A stretch of DNA of 64,000 nt. It comes from Candidatus Obscuribacteraceae bacterium (GTDB lineage: Bacteria; Cyanobacteriota; Vampirovibrionia; Obscuribacterales; Obscuribacteraceae). The stretch is taken from the NCBI GenBank assembly GCA_044226015.1, contig JBGAHS010000004.1, positions 384,001 through 448,000 on the forward strand, in the 5' to 3' direction. Position 1 is the stretch's first letter, and each line of letters opens with the position of its first letter. Under the pieces are notes generated by a model. It was given only the letters and a program-made list of their open reading frames with translations. It ran no database searches and was not told where the DNA came from. Position numbers and translations under genes: made by a program. This document shows positions 1-9,966 of the stretch, piece by piece.

Positions 1-190
1 TTGCGAAGTAAGCAGTATATATAAAGGGTGCGCTCCAGAACATGAACTGAGAAGCAGTTTTACGGGTTAGTAACGGGTCTGCAAGCTCATTTCCCTTTAA
101 GCTTTGGGCTGATACGGGATTCCAAGGTGATATTCTTCTTGTGAAGCTGCTCTACGTCGGCCGCTTCATTTACTAACCAGGGTAAAAATA

Positions 191-2023
191 ATGAGATCAG
201 CTTCTGATTGCCGCGCTCGCTTCTTCTCAGCGTCGCTCTTGGCTATGTTGGCATTTGCTACCGGCAGTAGCGCTTTCGCGCAGTACCAGCATCTGCCAAA
301 GTTTGAGCAGTCTTTCCAGAACCTGCCTGGGCATCCAGACCCCAATTCTCAATTCGTCGTTCTGAACTCTGGTGTCGCATCGATTGCAGCCCAGAGATTT
401 CCGCTGCCCAAAGACACGTTTACCTACAACTTAGCGGGAATGACAGTGTTTCCCTATTATCAGGCTTCGCCTGAACTTAAAGAGTTCTTGAATAATGCAA
501 CTACATTTGGTGGCATGCCTTTAACGGCGTTTCCGACGCAGCCAAATTTACCTCAATTCACCTTGCCTCAGACTGATACCATCAGATTTAGCGTTCCGAT
601 TCCAAAAATTCGAGAAAATCGCGCATCTGCTATGAAGATGGCAATGAAAGATAAGCGAATGAAGGACGAGATACCGTGGATGGTAGCTCACGAGGGTGGA
701 CAAGCTTTTGGTTTGCCTGGTGATACTGAAGCTCTGGTTATTGTGAAGCAAGGTTCGATGTTCGGTGCCTGCGCATCGAGAACAATGGTATTGCGCTGCG
801 GAACTATGTGGGTTATGACAGGTTCACGTCCAGCGGCAGTTATCACCAAATACGGTGCGGTTGGTGTTCGTCCAAATAGCATTGCAGCCATCGAGCAAAC
901 CTGGTTCAACAAGGTAACTGCGGCAGATTTGTACGGTCAGCCGCTAGAGATTCAGCTAACTGCCGGAGACAAACCTGCGTTGAAGGAAATGGCTATTAGC
1001 AAACTGACAGTAGAGAAAGGAAAGGAATTGATCTTTTCGGATTCTGCAGTAGCAAGCTCAGGAACCTCAGATTTCGCTGATTCCGGGAATGCAGAAGTCA
1101 TCTCCGAACTTAAAGATGTGAACAAGGTTCTTCCTGATTTGAAGATTCTCAAGGCAAAAGTTGATGCTGATGCATCAGCATTTGTTTCTGAATTAAAGAC
1201 TATCAATCCGCCATTCTCGAATCTGAAAATGAGTACTGATTACTCAAAAATGTTCCAGGAATTCGGCATAACTGCCAAGATGCGTCGCGAGGAAATGAAG
1301 CGTCAAGACCTGATGAAGAGCAACATCGCAAGCAAGAATGCCGTATACAAAGTGTCTATGGATTCGAAATACTACGTGCCCGTGTATTCAAAAGCTCAGG
1401 AAAAAGGTCCACAAATTTTTCCGAATGTTGCTGAAGAGTTGAATACAGTGAAGCTAGCAAAAGGCATCGCTAAAATTCTCGGAACTTGTGACTTGAAAGC
1501 TGATGCAAATGGCAAGCCAATCATGACTACAGGTGAAGCCGTTGTTGCCGTTTCAGAGCCAGTTTTAATGGATCTGGCAGACTGCAGAGTCTGGATAAAT
1601 GGAGGCGCAGTTGCTCAGCTCGCAGCGAAAAATGACATTGTGATTATTCGCAATTTGAGTGAACAACGCGCAAACAGCGTTAAAGTGAAGGTTAAAGGGC
1701 GCAACATCGAACTACCAATTGGTTCTGAAATCGTAGTGGCTAAATCAGCCCCCGAACTTTTCACTGAGCTGAAAAATGATGGAGTCGAACGTCGCAACGT
1801 TCACAGCATCGAAATCTCTGATGGTTCGGCGATGATCAATAAGAGCGATGTTCGTCTTACCACTTTGATGCAATACAGCCCAATATTGCGCAAGCTTTAT
1901 AAGAGCCAAGACCTCAACGATAAGAAATTGGTTGCGCAGCTGATGAAGACAAACGTGGCACTAAATATGGTGGCGCCTGCTCAAAATTACAGACGTATGG
2001 CTGGCTTACCAGCTAGTAACTAG
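191..2023 (+). CDS. Secreted hypothetical protein with two beta-rich (FecR-like) modules
   Basis: 610-aa ORF; N-terminal signal peptide (..TGSSAFA/Q); two beta-strand-rich segments resembling FecR-type repeats. Confidence 0.75.
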   Translation: MRSASDCRARFFSASLLAMLAFATGSSAFAQYQHLPKFEQSFQNLPGHPDPNSQFVVLNSGVASIAAQRFPLPKDTFTYNLAGMTVFPYYQASPELKEFLNNATTFGGMPLTAFPTQPNLPQFTLPQTDTIRFSVPIPKIRENRASAMKMAMKDKRMKDEIPWMVAHEGGQAFGLPGDTEALVIVKQGSMFGACASRTMVLRCGTMWVMTGSRPAAVITKYGAVGVRPNSIAAIEQTWFNKVTAADLYGQPLEIQLTAGDKPALKEMAISKLTVEKGKELIFSDSAVASSGTSDFADSGNAEVISELKDVNKVLPDLKILKAKVDADASAFVSELKTINPPFSNLKMSTDYSKMFQEFGITAKMRREEMKRQDLMKSNIASKNAVYKVSMDSKYYVPVYSKAQEKGPQIFPNVAEELNTVKLAKGIAKILGTCDLKADANGKPIMTTGEAVVAVSEPVLMDLADCRVWINGGAVAQLAAKNDIVIIRNLSEQRANSVKVKVKGRNIELPIGSEIVVAKSAPELFTELKNDGVERRNVHSIEISDGSAMINKSDVRLTTLMQYSPILRKLYKSQDLNDKKLVAQLMKTNVALNMVAPAQNYRRMAGLPASN

Positions 2024-2073
2024 TCAGAGGCGGTAGAATTCAGAAATAGTTTGCTTAGAACTTTATAAGCAAA

Positions 2074-2400
2074 CTATTTTTTCTTGTTTGATTCAAAGAT
2101 GTCAGTTACATCTTTTGGCACTGGACCTTTCTCAAGAAAATTTGTAAGGTCATATTCAATTACGGTGATGATTTCGGGGGGTTTTGGCCAGGGCAGAGCC
2201 CAACCAATGAACCAGATCAACGGAAACGCCAGTATATGGGCGCTCAGGGCTACCGCAAATGCCTCAGCGAGTGTCGAATACTCTTCGAACCAGAAGCGAA
2301 ATTTCTTTGACAATATATGGCTAAGTGATTCCCGTTTGGCCGGAAATGTATGAGTCACTTGAGTCTCCGAAGGTTTCGCTGAATTACGATTGAAAAGCAC
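2074..2400 (-). CDS. Small single-pass membrane protein (TonB-like N-terminal anchor)
   Basis: 108 aa; hydrophobic segment AFAVALSAHILAFPLIWFIGW followed by PWPKPP; start uncertain. Confidence 0.6.
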   Translation of the reverse strand: MLFNRNSAKPSETQVTHTFPAKRESLSHILSKKFRFWFEEYSTLAEAFAVALSAHILAFPLIWFIGWALPWPKPPEIITVIEYDLTNFLEKGPVPKDVTDIFESNKKK

Positions 2401-2434
2401 GCTGGTGATGAACCGTTCGCTGAAATGATAGTAT

Positions 2435-3439
2435 TTGAGTCATATAGTTAAGAATACAATGAACATGATTTCGTTGCGTTCTCTAGTTTTGATACCGCTT
2501 TCTCTCCTGTTGCTGACTGGTTCGGCGCCGGGCAGGGCTGCTGATGGCAATTTGAAAAGCTCTCAGGCTGATGCAGTCACGGAAGAATCGCCAGGGGCAG
2601 TTCCAGCGGACCCTTCTGCGCCGTCAGGCAAGGTTTTGGAAGGTCCTGGCAAGCTGACCGAAGAGGCGGCACCCGATCCTGTGGCAGAGGAAGACAAGCC
2701 GAAAAAGAAACGAGGACTCTTCGGTCCAAAGAGCAAAGAGTCCGAAGAGACGGCCGAAGAGAAAGAGGCTAAGCCAAAAAAGGGTGACCCTCCGCCTCCG
2801 ACGGCTGCAGAGATAGCCGCCGCCGAAGCTGCCGCTGAGCGCGCTAAGCTGCTCAAAGGCATGCGCACTCCCTTTAATACATCAAATAGCGAGTCAGCGG
2901 GCGATAATCCTGATTTCGGCGCAGTCTCTTTGCCTACGCGATCTCTGCGCTCGACGCTGTCGCAAAGGCTGGTTCCCAATCGGGTTTATTTGCCAGGCAA
3001 GATGATTATAGGAAAGCCCCATGAGTTCGTAGTAAAGGGGAAGCCTGGAAGTCAGGTCGCTGTGGCAATGGCAGATAAAGATGCCGGAGCTAAGCCCATT
3101 AAGGGGCGTGAAATTAGATTGGGGGCTGACCGTAAGCTTGTAGCTGCGGGAACCATTCCCGAGACGGGCATTTTGACGTTGATTGTCGATATGCCTATTC
3201 AAGGTGACTTGATCGGGTTACCAGTGTTTTTTGAGACTGTTATCTGGCAAAAACCTGATTTTTCGGACCTTGAAATCGCAAGCCCTGTAAAATCTGAAAC
3301 GGTAGCTGAGTTCGCTGACAAACCGAATGCTGTTGTTGTCGCAGGTGAAGCTGGTTCAAAAGGGCGTGCAATCAAGTTTGATACATCCATGCCGGCCTAT
3401 CAAAGAGGAAACCCAAACATCCAATCGGGGAGACTATAA
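2435..3439 (+). CDS. Exported hypothetical protein with low-complexity Glu/Pro/Lys linker
   Basis: 334-aa ORF; signal peptide; true start may be ATG 2459 or 2465; 8 bp upstream of next gene. Confidence 0.75.
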   Translation: MSHIVKNTMNMISLRSLVLIPLSLLLLTGSAPGRAADGNLKSSQADAVTEESPGAVPADPSAPSGKVLEGPGKLTEEAAPDPVAEEDKPKKKRGLFGPKSKESEETAEEKEAKPKKGDPPPPTAAEIAAAEAAAERAKLLKGMRTPFNTSNSESAGDNPDFGAVSLPTRSLRSTLSQRLVPNRVYLPGKMIIGKPHEFVVKGKPGSQVAVAMADKDAGAKPIKGREIRLGADRKLVAAGTIPETGILTLIVDMPIQGDLIGLPVFFETVIWQKPDFSDLEIASPVKSETVAEFADKPNAVVVAGEAGSKGRAIKFDTSMPAYQRGNPNIQSGRL

Positions 3440-3447
3440 GGAATACA

Positions 3448-4935
3448 ATGCAATTTGTTCTGATACCACTAGACAATCGTCCCGTCACCTATCAGTTCCC
3501 TCAGATGATTTGCAAAGTCGCTGGAGTGCCAGCTCTTGTGCCGCCACTGGAGTTGGTTGGTTCCCTTACCGCGCCAAGTCGACCCGGTGGACTCAGCGAA
3601 TGGCTGAGTGAAATGGTGAAGAGTCGGCAACCTGACCGTCTTCTGGTTTGCCTTGATGGTGTCATATATGGTGGCTTGATTAATTCGAGAAGGGGTGAAG
3701 AGAGTGAATCTGAAATTCTGAATCGCCTCAAAGAAATTTCGGTTTGGAAGAAGCTCAGCACTAAGCCTATGTCAGTTTATGCGCAAGCAAGTATTATGCG
3801 CATCTCGGACAATTACGACAATACAGAAGAGAAGAAGTATTGGTCACGTTACGGTCGCGAGATTTTTCAATGGTCTGAACTCTTGCACCGAAACAGTATT
3901 GGTATGAAGGTGCCGCAAGGTAGCCTTGCACTTGCTGAATCAAGAATAGAGCCAGCTGTGCGCGATGATTATTTGAAAACAAGAAGACGCAACTTCAATG
4001 CCAACAAGCGATTATTAGACCATGTGGCAAAAGGCGAAATTGATTTCCTTGTATTTAGTCAAGACGACTCAGGCGAGTACGGATTGAACGTTCATGAGCA
4101 AGATAAGCTGCTCAAATCAGCAGCAAACCTCGGCATATCTCGCAAAGTTATGTCTTACCCTGGCTCGGACGAAACCCTGTTGACTTTGTTGGCACGAGCG
4201 ATACTGGAAACAAGTGGAAGAAAGCCTACCGTTTCATTGCAATTCTCATCGGAATATGGCTCGCGAACTCCCAGTAATTACGAGGGGCAGACTGTAGGTG
4301 AAACGGTAGAGCAGCAAACCCATGCGGTTGGCCTGGTTCTTACTAATGAAGATGACGCCAATGTTGATCTTCAATTAATTGTCCACTCACTGGAGCACAG
4401 GCAGGGCGACCACATTCAAGTATCCGGACAACACGCAGATTTGAGATTGTTGAACAGTGGGGAAGCTGTAAGACGCTGCATAGAACTGCTGGAGAAGGCA
4501 ACTAAACCGGTAATACTTTGCGATGTTGCTTACGCAAATGGAGCTGACCCTGCGTTGATTTCCGAGATTTTGAAGAGACCTGCGTTGCTGAAAAAACTCT
4601 GGTCTTTCGCTGGTTGGAACACCACAGGTAATACCGTTGGTTCTGCGCTTGCTTTGGGTGTAGCTCGCTGGTTTTCTGAAATTCAAGGGCATAATGATTT
4701 GCGAGAAAAAGCGTTTCAAGAAGCTATGTTTGTCAGATTTGCGGATGATTGGGCTTACCAGACTCAGGTTCGCTCTCAATTGAATGGACAAGCTGTGCCT
4801 GATGGGAAATTGGCAGAACTCATGCGACCTTATCTGGCTGAAATAGGCTCCGCAAGTGGTTGGCACATTCCTTCAGTGCACGTGTCTTTGCCGTGGCAAC
4901 GTACTTTTGAGATTGAAGTTGCCGTAAAAAACTAG
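3448..4935 (+). CDS. DUF4127 family protein
   Basis: Motifs IPLDNRP, D..IYGGLINSR, QDDS..YG, YPGSDE, DVAYANGAD, FAGWNTTGNTVG, DDWAYQ, LPWQRTFE. Confidence 0.9.
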   Translation: MQFVLIPLDNRPVTYQFPQMICKVAGVPALVPPLELVGSLTAPSRPGGLSEWLSEMVKSRQPDRLLVCLDGVIYGGLINSRRGEESESEILNRLKEISVWKKLSTKPMSVYAQASIMRISDNYDNTEEKKYWSRYGREIFQWSELLHRNSIGMKVPQGSLALAESRIEPAVRDDYLKTRRRNFNANKRLLDHVAKGEIDFLVFSQDDSGEYGLNVHEQDKLLKSAANLGISRKVMSYPGSDETLLTLLARAILETSGRKPTVSLQFSSEYGSRTPSNYEGQTVGETVEQQTHAVGLVLTNEDDANVDLQLIVHSLEHRQGDHIQVSGQHADLRLLNSGEAVRRCIELLEKATKPVILCDVAYANGADPALISEILKRPALLKKLWSFAGWNTTGNTVGSALALGVARWFSEIQGHNDLREKAFQEAMFVRFADDWAYQTQVRSQLNGQAVPDGKLAELMRPYLAEIGSASGWHIPSVHVSLPWQRTFEIEVAVKN

Positions 4936-4950
4936 TTCGGGCTGCGAATT

Positions 4951-6264
4951 TCAAATAGGCTGCAAGAAATCGTGGAAGAGCATCTTGTTAACGAAGTCGA
5001 ACGATAGCAGCAATGTCAAAACCGCGCTCAAGATCAATAAAGGCGTCACTATTATTCCTATCTTGAAAAACTCTGCTGCACCGACGTTCTCTCCTTTTTT
5101 CCTGGCTGAGCTTATTACAAGCATAGTGGCTAATGAGCCAGCCACAGTAATATTCGGTCCGAGGTTGCACCCCAGGAGAGCTGCATACTGGTCTAGTGAT
5201 GAGGCTTGAGCCTTTCTTAAAATTGAAATTGCTAGAAGCGCCATTGGAATATTGTTGATGATGTTGCTACCAAATGCGGTGCCAGCGGTGAGAGAAAAGG
5301 TATGTGCGATGGGTTCTTTCCCCATGTTCTGCATGAGATTGGCAGCGAAATCGTTCAAACCCAAATTTTCTATTCCACGAATCACGACAAATAGTCCTGC
5401 TACAAATGGGAAGAGCGACCAGGCGATTTCTTTGCTTATCGATTTATCCAGGCGCTTCCTTGCCAGCCCCACGCCCAGCATGAGAAAGACGCCACCGAAC
5501 GCAATGACAAATGGCTCTATGTGCATCAATGAGCCGATGAAATAGCCGATAAGTACCAAAATCAATGTAATAATGCTGCAATTGAAAAACACCCTATCTC
5601 TAATGGCACTTGATGGCTCTGGAAGGTTCGTGGTATCAAACTCTGCAGGTAAGTCTGCCCGGAATATCCAGGTAAAGACTAGATAGTTAATAAGCAAAAC
5701 AGCTATTTGCGGAAGCAACATGGTCAGTGTGAATCTAGCAAAAGAGAAATGAAATGCACCCTGAAAAAGTAGGTTGGTAAGGTTGCTCACCGGCAAAAGA
5801 AGTGAGCCTGTGTTTGAAACAAAAGCACAAGAGACCAAGAATGGGTGCGCCTTTAGCTTGAGCTTCTGCACAAATGACACGACTATAGGCGTTAAAATCA
5901 CAGCTGTGGTATCCAGCGACAACAGCGAAGTGATCAAGCCGCCTAAAATGAATACATTGCGGAAAAGGCTGCGGGTGCTTCCTTTGGCAATCTTTGCTGA
6001 GTGAATCGCAGCCCATTCGAAAAATCCTGCTTTGTCTATTAAAGCCGAGAGCAAGAGCAGGGCGAAAAGAAAGAACATTACATTTGAGCCGGCGCGTACC
6101 TCTTGCAGCGCTTGAGAAATCGACACTAGCTGAAACAGAAGCATCAATGAGGCACCAATCACGGTAGCCCATGCTTCATGCAGTCCTTTTGGACGAGCCA
6201 AAACGAGAAACAATGTGATAACGAAAATTGCAAGAGTCAGTGGTATCGAATAGTTTGCTGTCAC
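4951..6264 (-). CDS. ArsB/NhaD-family membrane transporter (arsenical pump-like)
   Basis: ~11-12 TM segments; LSLDTTAVILTP, SNTGSLLLPVSNLTNL, NIINNIP, GCNLGPNITVAGSLAT motifs. Confidence 0.85.
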   Translation of the reverse strand: MTANYSIPLTLAIFVITLFLVLARPKGLHEAWATVIGASLMLLFQLVSISQALQEVRAGSNVMFFLFALLLLSALIDKAGFFEWAAIHSAKIAKGSTRSLFRNVFILGGLITSLLSLDTTAVILTPIVVSFVQKLKLKAHPFLVSCAFVSNTGSLLLPVSNLTNLLFQGAFHFSFARFTLTMLLPQIAVLLINYLVFTWIFRADLPAEFDTTNLPEPSSAIRDRVFFNCSIITLILVLIGYFIGSLMHIEPFVIAFGGVFLMLGVGLARKRLDKSISKEIAWSLFPFVAGLFVVIRGIENLGLNDFAANLMQNMGKEPIAHTFSLTAGTAFGSNIINNIPMALLAISILRKAQASSLDQYAALLGCNLGPNITVAGSLATMLVISSARKKGENVGAAEFFKIGIIVTPLLILSAVLTLLLSFDFVNKMLFHDFLQPI

Positions 6265-6507
6265 TGCTCGTTCTCGTGTTACTTTCGAATTTTTTCTTGC
6301 CTTTAGTGCAAGTCAAACCATGTCGAAATGGATTATATCTGATTGGAACAGTCGTTTATCATGTGTCGGCGTCTTTTGGAATTTGCTGATGAAACATTGG
6401 TTCATTCACTATCGTCATCATTTTCGGTTGGCCGCTGTTTGAAAAGTTGCAGTGATGGCTATAATGGACTCAAGCGTTTAATCAGAGAGTTTTTGCCCTT
6501 GACGAAG

Positions 6508-7656
6508 ATGCGTAGTGACAAATACAGAAGAGCGATATCTCTTTTCGTCTCTATGCAGGCGCTTTTTTTTACTGCTGCACCTCTGGGGGCTAAAACCAAG
6601 CCAGTCCCCGCGCCTCCTGCTGCTCAGGAAGAGCGCGGCGAGTCCTGGGAAGTGTTGGATAAAAGGTTTAAAACTCAAGTCTATCAGCTGAATGTGGGTG
6701 TCAAAATTCATCTCAGAGGAGGTCTTTATGCGCACCTCGCTGATAAATCACCGAAATATGGTTTTGCCGTATTCTCTACATCTACCGACGATAAAGGCTT
6801 TCGGGTTGTGGGGTCGGGCTCTTCTTTTCCGATAAAAACTTCATTGAACGACCGTACCTATTTTCTGACAAATCGACATGTGGTCGACAGCAGCAGTGGG
6901 CTCGGTGGTGAGTGCGAGCGCTTCTTTGCTGCAATGCGATTGCATGCTCAGCAAACTGCTGGCTTCCAAGATCAAGAAAGTCGCTTCAAAGAACTATTGA
7001 ACATAGTCAATTTCTCACAAAAGAAAGAGCTGAATTTCGCTGAGCGAATTACGTACCAAACAACTGTCGATGCGATTTGGGATACTTATGAAAGCCATCT
7101 TTCTGTGAGAGTAGATCCTAATCGTCAGCAGTTCAGCAAGTATCTTGCTATGGCAGGTGTAGATGTGGAAAATGGTTATTTCCTCCACTCTGCTGGACCT
7201 GTTACACAGCAAGCATTGCAAGCGCAATTACTCAAGGTTGCTAAGTCTGAAGCTGAGCCTGATTTAGCAGTCCTCTGGGTTCCTAGTACAGCTCTTCCAA
7301 AGTTGGAATTCGAAACCTCTGAGCCATCTGAAGGGCAGGAAATTCAGGTAATCGGCTATCCGCTGGCTTCTGATCAAATTGATTTCGACTCCGGATCCTA
7401 TTACGCTCCTACTTTCAGTACTGGAAGAATCAGCCGTGTGGCGCCCAGGCTTTTGCAAGTGGATGCTCCTGTATCCGTGGGAAATAGTGGCGGTCCGGTG
7501 GTCAATCAGCGCGGAAAAGTCGTTGGTGTAATTGTTCGTCGCGCGAGCGTGCAACAGAAACTTGGTGGTTCTGTGATACAGACAGAGTTGCCAAACTTTG
7601 GTGGAGCCATAACTGTTTCCTCTGTAAAGAGTTTTGCGCCAGAGTTGTTTCGCTAA
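6508..7656 (+). CDS. Trypsin-like (S1C) serine protease, exported, no PDZ domain
   Basis: Triad TNRHVV / PDLAVL / GNSGGP; ORF open from 6343 but ATG 6508 gives a signal peptide. Confidence 0.85.
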   Translation: MRSDKYRRAISLFVSMQALFFTAAPLGAKTKPVPAPPAAQEERGESWEVLDKRFKTQVYQLNVGVKIHLRGGLYAHLADKSPKYGFAVFSTSTDDKGFRVVGSGSSFPIKTSLNDRTYFLTNRHVVDSSSGLGGECERFFAAMRLHAQQTAGFQDQESRFKELLNIVNFSQKKELNFAERITYQTTVDAIWDTYESHLSVRVDPNRQQFSKYLAMAGVDVENGYFLHSAGPVTQQALQAQLLKVAKSEAEPDLAVLWVPSTALPKLEFETSEPSEGQEIQVIGYPLASDQIDFDSGSYYAPTFSTGRISRVAPRLLQVDAPVSVGNSGGPVVNQRGKVVGVIVRRASVQQKLGGSVIQTELPNFGGAITVSSVKSFAPELFR

Positions 7657-7743
7657 GCAGAATGTCAAGCTGTTCTTTTCCAGCTTCTCATCTAGAATAG
7701 GTCTTGTACAAAGATTGTTTCCAAGAGAAACGTAGGAAAGACT

Positions 7744-9699
7744 TTGACTAAGTTCCGAACCATTTTGCTCATTGGCGTTTTGGCCCTGATAGTGGCAGCT
7801 TGCAAGACTGCCACCGTAATTGATACCAAGAGCGTGAAATTGAATACGAGCACGTCAACTGATACTTCTGTCGAAGCCGAGTTAGTCCAAAAGGGGCAGC
7901 AAAATGTTTCGTGTTCGCAAGCACCTGGACCTTACGAGACCATTGAGAAGGACTCTGAGCAATGCAAACAAGGCCGTTTTCCGCCTGGAAGTCACGGCGG
8001 TAAGTTGGTAGTTGCCACCGTATCTGGTGAACCAAAAACTGTAAACCCCTGGGTGGCAGAAGATGCTTTGTCGCAAGAAATGAGCAATCTGATGTTTCGC
8101 GGGCTGGGTGATATCGATGAATTTACCGGTGAAATCATACCTGACTTAGCTGTTGAGATTAAAGAAGAGCCCGACCATCTCACCTATACTACTACGTTGC
8201 GCAAAGGGCTTCGTTGGTCTGATGGTGAGCCTATCAGCGCCGATGATGTCGCGTTCACTTGGAACACAATAGTAGCTCAAGGATTTGGCAATCCCAATAT
8301 ACGAGAGGCTGCTCTGGTTGATGGCAATTTGCCTGTTTGCACTGTCGAAGGTGAGTTAACAAATAAGTTCGTCTGTAGCAAACCGTCTTATCCTTTCAAG
8401 CGTGTTCTTGCCACAATTAGGATTGCTCCAAAGCACGTCATCGAGCCAGTTGTGAACTCCAGAGATTCGCGTGCCGACTTTCAAAAACTATGGGCGTTCG
8501 GGCAAGATCAAAGTCATATGGTGAGCAACGGACCGTTTTCGTTGGTTGATTTTGCCCCAGGCGAGCGCGTTGAATTCGCAAGAGCCAGTTCGTTTTACAT
8601 GATCGATAAAAACGGCAGTACACTGCCATATTTGGATCGTCTGGTTTATATCATTCAGCCCGAAGCCGGCTCTGTTGTTTTGAGTTTTGGTAAGAAGGAA
8701 GCTGACATCGCACAATTTAGACCTAAGGATAAATCTTGGATTGAATCTCAGCAGAAAGAGCAAAACTCTAAGGTATATGATCTAGGACCTGCCAGCGTTA
8801 CCACGTTTCTCGTGTTTAATATGAACCAGAGAACTGAAGCACACAAGAAGAAAAATCTTGTGGATTTGTCAAAGAAAGAATGGTTCAACGACCTGAACTT
8901 CAGGCAAGCGATAAATCATGTAATCGATAGAAAAGCTGTCATAGACAGTTTCTACAAAGGGGCTGCATCTCAAATTGTTAGCACCGAGCCTGCCTCATCT
9001 CCTTATTTCAACAAAGCACTTAAAGCAATTCCTGTAAATCTAAAAGAAGCCAGTGCACTGCTTTCCAAATCGGGGTTTGTACAGAAGGCTGATGCTTGCT
9101 ATGACAAAAATGGAAAAAAAGTTGAGTTCACCCTTTCCTATCTTAAAGCGAGTAAGTTCTACCAATCGATGGCTGAGCAGATCGTGAAAGATCTGAAAAC
9201 TCTGGGTATCACCGTCACTCTTGACCCCGTCGAGACAGCGGCTGCACAAGACCTATTGTTGGCCAGAAAAGCATGGGAAGCTCAGCTATGTATGTTCAGT
9301 GCAGACCCGTTAGAGCCGTCGTTAAGTTCAAATCTATACAAGTCTACTGGTCGCCTACACCTTTTCGACCAACGAGAAGCTGATTGGAAGGGCAATATCG
9401 TGGTTGATGATATTCGCCCGTGGGAAAAGCAAATCGATGACATTTACGATCAAGCCGCTTCAGAGTTTGACAAGGAAAAGCGCAAGGCATTGTTTTTTGA
9501 ATCGCAAAAGGTTATCTACGAGCAGGCGCCATTTATTTATTTGATTAGTCCAGATGTTGTCTTAGGTGCACGAAACACTGTTCGCAATTATTGTCCGACT
9601 CCTTTGGCGCAAGCATCATACGGCTTGCACAATGTAGAAGAGGTTTATATTGATTTGAGTCAACAGCCGCAAGAGAAGCCTGCGGAGAATAAGCAATGA
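7744..9699 (+). CDS. ABC transporter substrate-binding lipoprotein, family 5 (oligopeptide/nickel type)
   Basis: Lipobox IVAAC; LRKGLRWSDGEPISADDVAFTW signature; NGPF; FRQAINHVIDR. Confidence 0.92.
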   Translation: MTKFRTILLIGVLALIVAACKTATVIDTKSVKLNTSTSTDTSVEAELVQKGQQNVSCSQAPGPYETIEKDSEQCKQGRFPPGSHGGKLVVATVSGEPKTVNPWVAEDALSQEMSNLMFRGLGDIDEFTGEIIPDLAVEIKEEPDHLTYTTTLRKGLRWSDGEPISADDVAFTWNTIVAQGFGNPNIREAALVDGNLPVCTVEGELTNKFVCSKPSYPFKRVLATIRIAPKHVIEPVVNSRDSRADFQKLWAFGQDQSHMVSNGPFSLVDFAPGERVEFARASSFYMIDKNGSTLPYLDRLVYIIQPEAGSVVLSFGKKEADIAQFRPKDKSWIESQQKEQNSKVYDLGPASVTTFLVFNMNQRTEAHKKKNLVDLSKKEWFNDLNFRQAINHVIDRKAVIDSFYKGAASQIVSTEPASSPYFNKALKAIPVNLKEASALLSKSGFVQKADACYDKNGKKVEFTLSYLKASKFYQSMAEQIVKDLKTLGITVTLDPVETAAAQDLLLARKAWEAQLCMFSADPLEPSLSSNLYKSTGRLHLFDQREADWKGNIVVDDIRPWEKQIDDIYDQAASEFDKEKRKALFFESQKVIYEQAPFIYLISPDVVLGARNTVRNYCPTPLAQASYGLHNVEEVYIDLSQQPQEKPAENKQ

Positions 9700-9908
9700 A
9701 CAATGAAATGAACCTGGGATTTATTGTTCCTGCGGTCATCGCTGTTTGTGCCGCTGTTTGGACTGTGTTGATAGCTTTTCGGTGGAAAGGGGATAAGTTT
9801 CTCTGCGACACCTGTCGTTTTAACAACGAAGAGGATTGCAAGAAAACAGAACGTCCTCGGGCCGAAGTTTGTTATGCATATCGTGAAAAAACTGATATGT
9901 TGAAATGA
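9696..9908 (+). CDS. Small membrane protein with four Cys
   Basis: 70 aa; ATGA overlap with upstream gene; TM helix then CDTC-x7-C-x10-C. Confidence 0.75.
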   Translation: MNNEMNLGFIVPAVIAVCAAVWTVLIAFRWKGDKFLCDTCRFNNEEDCKKTERPRAEVCYAYREKTDMLK

Positions 9909-9929
9909 AGCTGGCGGTAGCCAGCTTTT
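9908..9929 (+). terminator. Putative intrinsic terminator
   Basis: AAGCTGGC-GGTA-GCCAGCTT hairpin ending in a T run, directly after the stop codon. Confidence 0.6.
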
Positions 9930-9966
9930 GGTGAACTTGAATAAAACACCCTCGCAACAACGAGGT

